A stretch of 64,000 bases of DNA from Acidobacteriota bacterium. GTDB taxonomy: Bacteria > Acidobacteriota > UBA6911. This document shows, piece after piece, positions 20,784-30,324 of this stretch. Numbering within the stretch: the stretch's first letter is position 1; each line of letters opens with the position of its first letter. The stretch covers positions 30,522 to 94,521 of the forward strand of contig JAISUT010000025.1 in NCBI GenBank assembly GCA_031271905.1. Reading direction: 5' to 3'. The notes under the pieces were generated by a model, which was given only the letters and a program-made list of their open reading frames with translations, was not told the origin of the DNA and did not search any database. The translations under genes and the position numbers were made by a program.

Positions 20784-20860
20784 CTCTTTAGTTGACTTGC
20801 CACGCCCTTTACCTTAAACGCCTTGAAAGCCGCCGTCACGGTTTTCGCCGATGTGCGCGC

Positions 20861-21397
20861 CTATTTCCCGGCGGCTCCGACGTTCTTGTACTGGATCAGC
20901 TCGAAGCAGTTGCCCGCGTTGTCGCGCACGAAGCCGAAGACGATGCCGGGCAGGTCGAGCGGCTCCATGGCGATCTCCGCGCCCTTGGCGCGCAGCTCCT
21001 TGAACGCCGCCATCGCGTCCTCGACCTGGAAGGCGAAATGTTTCAAGCCGTGTACGCGGAAATCGACGGACGGGTCGCGCCGGTATTCGGGCAGGGGCTT
21101 CGCCCCCTCGACCTCGAACAGCTCGATGTAGGCGTCGCCGCGCTTGATGTGGACGACCTTCATCTTGTTGGCGGCGTCCTCGGTCATCCGCGTGACCACT
21201 TCGAAGCCCAGCATCTTCTTGTACCATGCCGCCGACGCCTCGGCGTCCGGCACGCTCAGCGCGACGTGATGCGGCGCGATCTTGAAACTCACGGGCGCGT
21301 CTTGCGCCCGGGCCGATGCCATGTCCATGACCCCCACCCCCAATGCGGTGAACAAAACCAAAGCCAGCGTCGCCGCGAAATCCCTCTTCATGCCCAT
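20861..21397 (-). CDS. VOC/glyoxalase-family protein with signal peptide
   Basis: HHVALSVPD..WY..LGF, IELFE, HFAFQVED, RDxxGNxFEL; hydrophobic N-terminus ending ARA. Confidence 0.85.
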   Translation of the reverse strand: MGMKRDFAATLALVLFTALGVGVMDMASARAQDAPVSFKIAPHHVALSVPDAEASAAWYKKMLGFEVVTRMTEDAANKMKVVHIKRGDAYIELFEVEGAKPLPEYRRDPSVDFRVHGLKHFAFQVEDAMAAFKELRAKGAEIAMEPLDLPGIVFGFVRDNAGNCFELIQYKNVGAAGK

Positions 21398-21554
21398 ACT
21401 TCGCCTCCTCCGCTTTATATGTGCCCCACGCCGCCGATTATAACCGCACCCGCCGTTTTTTCATCCATAAGAAAAAATATCCGGGAAATAATTGCCGCGC
21501 CGCCCGTACGGGCGAGAGTATGATTACCGTTTCGGGGGGATTCGCGAAGAGGAC

Positions 21555-22586
21555 ATGGCCATGGATATGAAACGGATGACATTGGGCAGGACGGGCATAG
21601 AGGCGTGGCGGCTGGGCTTCGGGGGCATCCCCATACAGCGCGTCAGCGAAGGACAGGCTGTGGACACGGTGCTTTACGCGCTGGAGAAGGGGGTGGACTT
21701 CATCGACACCTCCCGCATGTACACCACGAGCGAGACCCGCATCGGGCTGGCGTTGCGGCAGACCGACAAGAAGCCGGTGCTCGCCACCAAGTCGTTCGCC
21801 CGCACGTCGGACGGCATCCGCAAGGACGTGGACGTCAGCCGCCGCGAGCTGCACCGGGACGTGCTCGACATCTACCAGTGCCACAGCATCGGCACGCCGG
21901 ACGAGTACAAGAAGATCACCGCCAAGGACGGCGCCTACGAAGGGCTGCTCAAGGCTCGGGAGGAGGGGTTGGTGCGCCACATCGGGATCACGAGCCACAG
22001 CCTCGACGTGCTTGACAAGGCGCTCGACGACGACTTGTTCGACACCGTCATGGTCTGCTTCAGCTTCCTCGAACCGGCGGCGCAGGACAAGGTGATCCCC
22101 AAGGCGCTGGCGAAGGGCGTCGGAGTCCTCGCCATGAAGCCGCTCTCGGGCGGCGTCATCGAGGCGCCGGAGGCCGCGCTCAAGTGGTCGTTCGGCCGCG
22201 AAGGGACGCTGGTGCTGGTCGGGGTCGAAAGCCGCGAGCTTATCGACCAGAACTGGCGCGTGTTCGAGGGGGGCTGGGATCTGACCGAAGCCGACCGCGC
22301 GGACATCGCCGCGATCAGCCAAGAGTATGACAAAAAGTTCTGCCGCCGTTGCGACTACTGCCTCCCCTGTCCGGCGGGGATACCCATCCAGTTCGTGCTG
22401 GGGGCGAAGTCCTTCCTGAAGCGGATGGGGCCCGGCGCGATCAAGAACCCGATGTTCGCCGACATCTGGGACAAGGCGGAGAACTGCACGGAATGCGGTC
22501 AGTGCATGGAGCGTTGCCCCTACGGGCTGCCGATCCCGGAGATCGTCAAGGCCAACCTGGCGTGGCGCAAGGGGCTGGACTTGTAG
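21555..22586 (+). CDS. Aldo/keto reductase with C-terminal 4Fe-4S domain
   Basis: LGFGGIPIQR, FIDTSRMY, HIGITSH, AMKPLSGG, CRRCDYCLPC, CTECGQCMERCP. Confidence 0.9.
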   Translation: MAMDMKRMTLGRTGIEAWRLGFGGIPIQRVSEGQAVDTVLYALEKGVDFIDTSRMYTTSETRIGLALRQTDKKPVLATKSFARTSDGIRKDVDVSRRELHRDVLDIYQCHSIGTPDEYKKITAKDGAYEGLLKAREEGLVRHIGITSHSLDVLDKALDDDLFDTVMVCFSFLEPAAQDKVIPKALAKGVGVLAMKPLSGGVIEAPEAALKWSFGREGTLVLVGVESRELIDQNWRVFEGGWDLTEADRADIAAISQEYDKKFCRRCDYCLPCPAGIPIQFVLGAKSFLKRMGPGAIKNPMFADIWDKAENCTECGQCMERCPYGLPIPEIVKANLAWRKGLDL

Positions 22587-22598
22587 CCGGGCTGGAAA

Positions 22599-22708
22599 AA
22601 CCAAGGGTGGACACGGACGGGCGCGGGTGGGCGCGGGCAAAAAAGGGAACCCGAGGCGCGACGTCGTTTTCCGCCGCCATTCGCGCCAAGCCGCGTCCGT
22701 CCGCGGTT
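22599..22708. repeat. Degenerate inverted repeat with ~10-nt periodic arms
   Basis: 22599-22628 matches the reverse complement of 22679-22708 at about 20 of 30 positions. Confidence 0.45.
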
Positions 22709-22773
22709 GAAGGACCTCCGCGCTTTTCGCGGTTTAAAAACCATGCCGTCGAGGGAACCTCGATCCGCGGCTT

Positions 22774-24066
22774 CTATGCCGTCCCCGTCCGCGCGTGGAA
22801 CTTCTTCACAGTCACGCCGTAGAGCGTCATCGCGACGATGGCGCACGCCAATATCCCCAGCATCGCCCCCGCCATCGAGAGCGTCGTCCCCCAGATCAGG
22901 GTGACGAACTCGGACGCCACCGGGTTGGCGATGAGGATGATAAACCCTTGGCAAGAGGCTGCCAGGCCGCGCTGTGAGGGGAAAAGGTCCAGCGATAGGA
23001 GCGTGAGGCTGGGCGAGGCGGTGGACATCCCCAGCACATAGACGAAGATCGGCGCCAGCGTCCAAGGGAGCGCAGGCGGGACGGTCAGGTTCAGGAGCAC
23101 GTTGCCGACGGCGGCGACCGCCATGATGATGAAGCCGACGACGATGGTGCGGATGCCTGTCATCTTTCCGGCGCAGCGTCCGGAGATCCACGCGCCGATC
23201 ACCATGGCGATGGAGACGGGGATGAATAGGATGAAATACTGCTTCTCGCTCAGCTTGAGGTGCTCCTCGAGGAACATCGGGGCGCCGAGGATGTAGATGA
23301 AAAAGCCGATGTTGACCAGCGACAGCGCCGCGCAGGACATGGTGAAGGGCACGGCGGAGCCCACCTTCCAATAGGATCGCGCCAGGAATGCGATGTCGAG
23401 GCGTTGGCGGTGCTCGCGGGGCAGGGTTTCCGGCAAGGCGAACCAGCAGCAGACGAACATGCAGGCGGACATGCCCGCCATGAAGAAGAAGATGGCGCGC
23501 CAACCGAACCAGCCTTGGAACAAGCCGCCGAGGATCGGCGCCATCACCGGGGCGATGGCGAAGATGGTGGCGACGTGAGACATGAGCCGCTGGGCGGCGG
23601 CGCCTTCGAACAGGTCGCGGATCACGGCGCGCCCGATGATCATGCCCGCCCCCACGGTCGCGCCCTGCATGGCGCGGAAGACCATCAGGAGGGTGACGTT
23701 GCCGGCAAAGGCGCAGCCGAGCGACGCGCCGCAGAAGATCGCCAGCGTGACCAGGATGGGGCGGCGCCGGCCGTAGGCGTCCGCGAGGGCGCCGTGCCAG
23801 AGCGACATGACGGCGAGGAAGAGCATGAACGCCGTCATGGTCAACTGCACGTCGTCTTTGGAGACCTGCATGTGTTTGGCGATCGCCGAGAACGACGGCA
23901 GGTAGGCGTCGATGGCGAACGGCCCCATCCAGGAGAGCACGGCGAGGACGAAGGTGATGCCCGCGATGGAAAAGCCTTTGGGCGTCGGGCGTCCCGGGTT
24001 CTCGGCGGGCGCTGGTTGCGAAGCGGGCGGGTTGTCGGTTTGCGAGGCTGCGGGTCTTGTGGTCAT
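22774..24066 (-). CDS. Bcr/CflA-family MFS efflux transporter
   Basis: PFAIDAYLPSF, GALADAYGRRR, RAVIRDLF, APVMAPILGG, LPETL. Confidence 0.9.
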   Translation of the reverse strand: MTTRPAASQTDNPPASQPAPAENPGRPTPKGFSIAGITFVLAVLSWMGPFAIDAYLPSFSAIAKHMQVSKDDVQLTMTAFMLFLAVMSLWHGALADAYGRRRPILVTLAIFCGASLGCAFAGNVTLLMVFRAMQGATVGAGMIIGRAVIRDLFEGAAAQRLMSHVATIFAIAPVMAPILGGLFQGWFGWRAIFFFMAGMSACMFVCCWFALPETLPREHRQRLDIAFLARSYWKVGSAVPFTMSCAALSLVNIGFFIYILGAPMFLEEHLKLSEKQYFILFIPVSIAMVIGAWISGRCAGKMTGIRTIVVGFIIMAVAAVGNVLLNLTVPPALPWTLAPIFVYVLGMSTASPSLTLLSLDLFPSQRGLAASCQGFIILIANPVASEFVTLIWGTTLSMAGAMLGILACAIVAMTLYGVTVKKFHARTGTA

Positions 24067-24306
24067 GGATGCGATTTCCGAGGTCTTGAAATATTGGCGA
24101 AATCTCGTTGCCGAAACCTCATGGCGTGAAACGTCCTTGGGCTATGTCGCACCGCCTTGGTGCCAACCCCTTGCTGCCAGCCATCAGGTAAAACCACGCA
24201 TTCTACCACACGGGAACGACCTCCGGGGGCAATTCGGAAATATAAAATTAAGGGAACAGCTTAACAGGTGACAACGGGGGCGGGACGGGCTAACATTGCG
24301 GCTTGT

Positions 24307-24392
24307 GCCGGGGTGGCGGAACTGGCAGACGCACAGGACTTAAAATCCTGGGCCCCGCAAGGGGCGTGTGGGTTCGATCCCCACCCTCGGTA
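24307..24392 (+). tRNA. tRNA-Leu (anticodon TAA); CCA not encoded
   Basis: Cloverleaf: acceptor GCCGGGG/CCTCGGT, anticodon arm CAGGA-CTTAAAA-TCCTG, long variable arm, GGTTCGATCCC. Confidence 0.95.
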
Positions 24393-24729
24393 GGACGGTC
24401 ATTCGTTGGCCGCCCGCCCGCTCTTTCGTCGGCGTCCCCTTCAAATCATCCGATGTCGCCGTCTGAACGCACTGCCTGGTTTTTTCTCGACAACTGCTTT
24501 CCTGTCGCGCTTTGATCGGTTTCCAACCTGTTCCGCTTGCTATAAACGCGGTCGTCGAGGCGTTCGCCGGCTCGCCGGGGCGCAGCCATATCCACAGACC
24601 CGGCGTGGCGTGCGCCTGCGCCGACCCGCTTTGACATTGATTAAGGAAATCGAAGGCGCGCCGATCCCCGCAGGCGGCGTTGAAGGGCGCGCCGCAGAGC
24701 CAAGCCGAGCCGCGCGGCACTTTGTCGCG

Positions 24730-27700
24730 TCACAGCACCGGTCGCAGCTCGCGACCGGTGTGCGACGCCTCGCATCGCGCCAGTTCCTCGGGCGTCCCCG
24801 CGAACACCAGCCGCCCGCCGCCGTCCCCGCCCTCCGGCCCGAGGTCGATGACCCAGTCGGCGGTCTTGATCACGTCCAGGTTGTGTTCAATCACCACCAG
24901 GGAGTTCCCCGCCGCGAGCAGCTTGTCGAAGGCGGCGAGCAGCTTGTGGATGTCGTCGAAATGCAACCCCGTCGTCGGCTCGTCGAAGACAAACAGGGTG
25001 TTCTTCGTCCCCGCCTGCGAGATGTACGCCGCCAGCTTGATGCGCTGCGCCTCGCCCCCCGAGAGCGACGTCGCCGACTGGCCGAGGCGCAGATAGCCCA
25101 GCCCGATCTCGTCCAGGGTTTTCAGCTTGCGCACCAGCGTCGCTCGCCCCACGAAGAAGTCGATGGCCTCGCGCACGGTCAGCTCCAGCGCCTCGGCGAT
25201 GTTCAGCGACTTGTAGCGCACCTCCAGCACGGAGTTCTGGAAGCGCCGCCCGCCGCAGTCCTCGCACGTCAGCTCCACGTCGGCAAGGAACTGCATCTCG
25301 ACCGTCACCGTGCCGTTGCCCTGGCAGGTGGGGCAACGCCCCGCATCCATGTTGAAGGAGAAGTGGCCTGGCCCGAAGCCGCGCCCTGCGGCGTCGCGCG
25401 TCTCGGCGAAGACCTTGCGGATGTCGTCGAACGCCTTGACGTAGGTCGCCGGGTTCGAGCGCGGGGTGCGTCCGATGGGCGACTGATCGACCAGCACGAT
25501 GTCGTCGATGCGCCCCACGGTCTCGATGCCGCCCAGCCCGGCGGGCAGTTCACGGCCCCCTCCGTTGACCTTCTTGAGGGCGGGATAGAGGATGTCATGC
25601 ACCAGGGTGGACTTGCCGCTGCCGGAGACGCCGGTGACGCAGACGAAGGTGTCGAGCGGGATGTCCACGTCGATGCCTTTCAAGTTGTGTTTGCGCGCGC
25701 CGCGAAGCCGCACCATCCGTTGCGTCGGCTTGCGCCGGAAGATCGGGACGGGGATGCGCAGCTCGCCGGACAGGTATTTGCGGGTGAGCGAGTCGGCGGC
25801 GCGCGCCCCGTCGCCGAGCAAGGCGTCGTACGCCCCCTCGAAGACCACCCGCCCTCCGCCTTCGCCCGCGCGCGGCCCGATGTCGATGACGTGGTCGGCG
25901 GCGCGGATGATCTCCGGGTCGTGCTCCACCACCAGCACCGTGTTCCCCAGCTCCTTCAGGTTTTTCAGTATCCCCACCAGGCGGCGGCTGTCGCGCGCGT
26001 GCAGGCCGATCGACGGCTCGTCTAGGACGTAGAGCGCGCCCACCAGGTTCGAGCCGAGTGCGGTCGCCAGTTGGATGCGCTGCGCCTCGCCCCCCGAAAG
26101 GGTCGAGGAAAGCCGGTCGAGCGACAGGTAGTCCAGCCCCACGCGCACCAGCAGGTCGAGCCGCCGCCGGATCTCCTCCAGCAGCCTTTCGGCGATCCCC
26201 GCCTGTTGCGCCGTCAACTCGAGTTCCGCGAAAAAGCGCGCCGCCTCGCTCACGGTCATCTTGCCGATGGCGGTGATGGATCTGCCGCCGACCCGCACCG
26301 CGCGCGCCTCGTCGCGCAACCGCTCGCCGCCGCACCTCAGGCATGGGGCGTAGCCCCGGTACCGGCTCAGGAAGATGCGGACGTACATCTTGTACTTCTT
26401 GCCTTCGAGGTATTCGAAAAAGCCCAATATGCCGGGGAAGCGCCCTTTGCCGCGCGTGACCTTCTCGCGCGCCTCCTCCGGGAGGTCGCGCCAGGGGACG
26501 TCGGTCGGGATGCCTTCGTCTCCGGCGAATTGGACGAGCAGCGCCTGCAACCGCTTGAAACGCGGCGTAGACCAGGGGTGGATGGCGCCTTCGGCGAGCG
26601 TCTTCTCGGAATTGGGGATCACGCGCCCCAGGTCGAGCGTCATGGTGTTGCCGAACCCTTGGCACTCCGGGCAGGCGCCGAAGGGGTTGTTGAAGGAGAA
26701 CAGGCGCGGCTCCGGCTCCTGGTAGGCGATGTGGCACGTCTGGCACTCGAAGGCTTCGCTGAAGCGGCACAGGACGCCATCGGGGCGCAGGACGTGGCGC
26801 ACGCCGGGGTGTTTCGCGTCGATCAGGTCGCCGAGCGCCCGGGCGTCCCCGCCGCTCGCCAGCAGCAGGGTCTCAATATGCCCGCCGGAGTCGCGGGAGC
26901 AGGTTTCGAGCGAATCGGCCAGGCGCGCGCGGACGTCCTCGCCGTCGCGCAAGACGACCCGGTCTACGACGACGCGGACTTCCGCGACCCCGTCGCGCCC
27001 CGCGCTCTCCCGCAGGGCGTCCAAGGCGTCGGGCAGATCGACGAGCCGCCCGCCGACAAGAAGCCGCACGATCCCCTGCCGTTGCAGGTCGGGCAGCGAG
27101 GCGGCGAGCCTCGCCTCCGCCTCCTTTTGCGCCTTCGCCGCGTCGGGCGGTGCGGACGATGCCGCCGCCTTGGCGCGGGGTTTGGCGGGCGCCTTCTTGA
27201 CCATGCGGCGCGGCTCGACGGAGACCTTCCCCCCGGCCGGGGGCGCCTCGGGCGCGAGTTCCAGCCGCCGGCAGACGTACAGGCGCAACGAGCCGCCGAA
27301 GGACGGGGGCAGCAACGCGGGGAGCGACAGGAGGAAGGCGGCGGCGCTTTGCGGCGAGTCTTTGGAGACGGGCTTGCCGCATTTCAGACAGTGGGTGACG
27401 CCGACGCGTGCGAACAGGAGGCGCAGGTAGTCGTTGATCTCGGTGACGGTGCCGACCGTGGAGCGCGGGTTTTTCGAATGGTTCTTCTGCCGGATGGCGA
27501 GGGCGGGGCAGATGCCTTCGATCTCGTCCACGTCGGGGCGGTCGATGCGTTCGAGGAACTGCCGCGCGTAGGCGGACAGGGAGGCGAGGTAGCGGCGCTG
27601 CCCCTCGGCGTACAGGGTGTCGAAGGCGAAGCTGCTCTTGCCGCTGCCGGAGACGCCGGTGACGACGGTCAGCGAATGGAGCGGGACGTGCGCGGTGACG

Positions 27701-27774
27701 TCCTTGAGGTTGTGGACCCGCGCCCCCTTGACGACGATGGCGTCCCCGTGCTTGTCGCCCCCATGCTTGTCCAA
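24730..27774 (-). CDS. uvrA: Excinuclease ABC subunit A (possibly a UvrA2-type paralogue)
   Basis: GARVHNLK, two Walker A motifs GVSGSGKS, EGQRRY, FSFN.PFGACP, two LSGGEAQR signatures. Confidence 0.93.
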   Translation of the reverse strand: MDKHGGDKHGDAIVVKGARVHNLKDVTAHVPLHSLTVVTGVSGSGKSSFAFDTLYAEGQRRYLASLSAYARQFLERIDRPDVDEIEGICPALAIRQKNHSKNPRSTVGTVTEINDYLRLLFARVGVTHCLKCGKPVSKDSPQSAAAFLLSLPALLPPSFGGSLRLYVCRRLELAPEAPPAGGKVSVEPRRMVKKAPAKPRAKAAASSAPPDAAKAQKEAEARLAASLPDLQRQGIVRLLVGGRLVDLPDALDALRESAGRDGVAEVRVVVDRVVLRDGEDVRARLADSLETCSRDSGGHIETLLLASGGDARALGDLIDAKHPGVRHVLRPDGVLCRFSEAFECQTCHIAYQEPEPRLFSFNNPFGACPECQGFGNTMTLDLGRVIPNSEKTLAEGAIHPWSTPRFKRLQALLVQFAGDEGIPTDVPWRDLPEEAREKVTRGKGRFPGILGFFEYLEGKKYKMYVRIFLSRYRGYAPCLRCGGERLRDEARAVRVGGRSITAIGKMTVSEAARFFAELELTAQQAGIAERLLEEIRRRLDLLVRVGLDYLSLDRLSSTLSGGEAQRIQLATALGSNLVGALYVLDEPSIGLHARDSRRLVGILKNLKELGNTVLVVEHDPEIIRAADHVIDIGPRAGEGGGRVVFEGAYDALLGDGARAADSLTRKYLSGELRIPVPIFRRKPTQRMVRLRGARKHNLKGIDVDIPLDTFVCVTGVSGSGKSTLVHDILYPALKKVNGGGRELPAGLGGIETVGRIDDIVLVDQSPIGRTPRSNPATYVKAFDDIRKVFAETRDAAGRGFGPGHFSFNMDAGRCPTCQGNGTVTVEMQFLADVELTCEDCGGRRFQNSVLEVRYKSLNIAEALELTVREAIDFFVGRATLVRKLKTLDEIGLGYLRLGQSATSLSGGEAQRIKLAAYISQAGTKNTLFVFDEPTTGLHFDDIHKLLAAFDKLLAAGNSLVVIEHNLDVIKTADWVIDLGPEGGDGGGRLVFAGTPEELARCEASHTGRELRPVL

Positions 27775-27803
27775 AGGTGTCCGACCTTTCAGGAAAAGAA
27801 GAA

Positions 27804-27832
27804 ATGTTATTTTCCCCGACCCGCCTTGTCAA
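27804..27832 (-). promoter_or_regulatory. Sigma70-like promoter of uvrA
   Basis: TTGACA-17 nt-TAACAT on the minus strand. Confidence 0.6.
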
Positions 27833-28112
27833 TCAGCCGATACGGCACGTGTCGATACGGCACGGGGTGGGCATGGGAATCCAGGCGGTGGGGACGGGTG
27901 TCACGCCCCATGAAAATTCCACCTCGGTGAAATTCTTGTTTTTTTATGACGTAAATAACTATATGCTCAGTGCGTCACGGTCGTGGTGATCGCATTCGGC
28001 TAAGGGGATTGCACCGCTGCGCCGATCTGCACGGGAGCGGTTCCCGCGAAAGTGGCGGCATGTGAGCATATTGATTGGCATCATGAATATAAAAACAAAC
28101 GGAGGAACAAGC

Positions 28113-29858
28113 ATGAAATTGCGCATTGCAGTGATCGCGGCTTTATGCGCGGGCTTGGTCTGTGGCGTGTGCGTCACGGGCAACGCCCAGGTCGCGGCCG
28201 CGGCCAAGGTTACCGTGCTCAACCCGATGGGCACGCCACCGCCCATCCAGTTGAAGCAGATGGCGGAGCGCCCGACGACGCTCGACGGCAAGACCATATA
28301 CCTGGTCAACACCGGCTTTGTCGGCACCGAACGCCTCATGGAAGTGATGGAGGAGTGGTTCAAGGAAAACCACCCCAAGACCACCATCGTCTCCAAACGC
28401 AACCCCAGCATGGATGTGGCCGACAAGGCCCTCTGGGCTGAAATCCAAGAGAAGGCCGACGGCGTCGTCATCGGCCTCGGCCATTGAAGTGTCTGTGCGC
28501 CTGGGGCGGTCCGCCTCAGCATAGACATCGAATCCAACCTTAAGAAACCCTCGATCCCCCTCATCCTGAACGATTTCTACGAGCAGGAGAAGGAAGTCGC
28601 CTACACGAGCGGCATGCCCGGCCTCCGCATCCAGTATTTCCGGGGCCCGGTCTGGGGCAAGACGCACGACCAGCTCCGCAAGATGATCATCCAGGGCAAC
28701 AACCCGATCACGGGCAAGCCCGTGATGCCGGAGATCATCGAGAAGCTGACCAAGCCGCTGACCGCCGAGGAGAAGAAGACCGGCACCGCCACGCTGGACG
28801 TGGGGCCGGACACCTACACCGGCACGCCGGACGAGTTGCAGCAGTTGTACCTCGACAAGCGGTACACCGACTTCATGCCGATCATCCTGCCCACCGTGGA
28901 AAAGGTGGAGGAGATGCTCAAGGGCACCAGCCATGAGCCCGACGAGATCGTCGGCCGCATGAACCCCGGCTCCGAAGCCGGAGACACCTGGTCCTACACG
29001 GTGAAAGACGTCGCCATCAGCGCCGTCATGGCGGGCGCCAAGCCGGAATACCTCCCGGTCATCCTGGCGCTGGCATCCACCGGCACCACCCCGGTCAACG
29101 TCTCGGACAACGGCTTCATGGCGGGCGCGGTCATCAACGGCGCCATCCGCCAGGAGATCGGCCTGAACTACGAGATCGGAGCGGTGGGGCCCTACGCCCA
29201 CGCCAACACGACCATCGGCCGCGCGTGGAACCTGGTCGCCATCAACGGCGCCAACTGCGGCAAGGTCGGCACCACCTACATGGGGACGGTCGGCAACCCG
29301 ATGAACGCCATCGACGTCATCATCGCCGAGAACGAGGAGCAGTCGCCGTTCGAGCCGTTCGCGGTCCGGCGCGGCTTCAAGAAAGACGAGAACATCGTCA
29401 CCGTGTTCATGGGCTGGGGCATCCTTTCGGCGAAGAACTGGAAGGCCGACGTCTGGGGTCCGAACATGAACTATCCGCAGATCATCAAGGACATCTACAA
29501 CCAGCAGGACGCCATGTTCGGGACCGTCGCGGTCCTGAGCCCGCCGATCGCCGATTTCGTCCGCGACGGCGGCCACGCCACGGTGGAGGACTTCACCAAG
29601 TGGGTGCAGGCCGACGCCTTGGCGGCAGGTCCGATGACGGCTTTCGGCCCCGCCAAGCCCGAGGGGAAACCCGCGGGCGAAGGCAAGCCCCCCGCCGGGA
29701 AGGCGCCCGCAGGCAAGGGCGCGTCCAAGGGCAAGGGCGGCTTCGGCCCGATGGCGCCGCAGTTCAACGTGGTCGTCACCGGCGGCACCAACAACAACTA
29801 CTTCATGATGGGCGGCATGGTTCCGGCCGCGTCCGTCCAGATCGACAAGTGGCGGTAG
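28113..29858 (+). CDS. Predicted exported selenoprotein, UGSC-like family (UxxC = USVC); Sec at TGA 28485-28487; 581 aa
   Basis: ORFs 28062-28487 and 28614-29858 are in the same frame with only one TGA between them; GLGH-TGA-SVC; SECIS-like hairpin; SD GGAGG and signal peptide; downstream TDxxPIIxPT, AVMAGAKPEY and ANTTIGRA motifs. Confidence 0.82.
28490..28527 (+). promoter_or_regulatory. Bacterial SECIS-like hairpin
   Basis: Lower stem TGTCTGTGC/GCATAGACA, upper stem TGGGGC/GCCTCA, apical loop GGTCC starting 21 nt after the UGA. Confidence 0.75.
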
Positions 29859-29889
29859 CGCGGTAGCGTTGCAGCCGTTTGCGTCACCT

Positions 29890-29926
29890 GCCGGCGGTGG
29901 GAGCGATTCCCGCCGCCGGCTTTTTT
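29890..29926 (+). terminator. Intrinsic terminator
   Basis: GCCGGCGGTGGGA-gcgat-TCCCGCCGCCGGC followed by T6. Confidence 0.85.
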
Positions 29927-30020
29927 CATGTGGCGAACACCCTTCGGCCGGGATCCCGAGATTGCTTATTGCCCTGACGGGCCTTGGCGGGTAGATTAAT
30001 AAGTTAAAAAAGGAGCAGGC

Positions 30021-30269
30021 ATGGCCGAAGCGAAGAAACCGAAAAGCCCCAAGGGGACGGTCGCGATCAATGTCGAGTTGTGCAAAGGCTGCGGCTTTTG
30101 CATCGCCTTCTGCCCGTCGGGGGTGCTGGAGTTTTCGGACAAGTTCAACAGCAAGGGGTACCATCCGCCGCACGCCGCGAACCCTGAGAAGTGCGTCGGT
30201 TGCGGCCTTTGCGGCATGTACTGCCCCGACTTCGCGATTTTCGGGACGCGCAACAAGGAAGTCGCGTGA
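30021..30269 (+). CDS. korD: 2-oxoacid:ferredoxin oxidoreductase delta subunit (2x4Fe-4S)
   Basis: CKGCGFCIAFCP and CVGCGLCGMYCPDFAI; first gene of the operon; substrate not certain. Confidence 0.85.
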   Translation: MAEAKKPKSPKGTVAINVELCKGCGFCIAFCPSGVLEFSDKFNSKGYHPPHAANPEKCVGCGLCGMYCPDFAIFGTRNKEVA

Positions 30270-30324
30270 GGATGCGGCGCGCCTGCGACGCCGGGCGCGG
30301 GGAAGCAGTTGGAAAGGAGAACAG

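Noticed and set aside
24393-24729. Integrated element at tRNA-Leu or tRNA-Gly
   Set aside because: No integrase and no duplicated tRNA 3' end seen; the short ORFs are unconvincing
28062-28487. 141-aa ORF as a stand-alone gene or nonsense pseudogene
   Set aside because: The UxxC context, SECIS-like hairpin and open downstream frame favour Sec read-through
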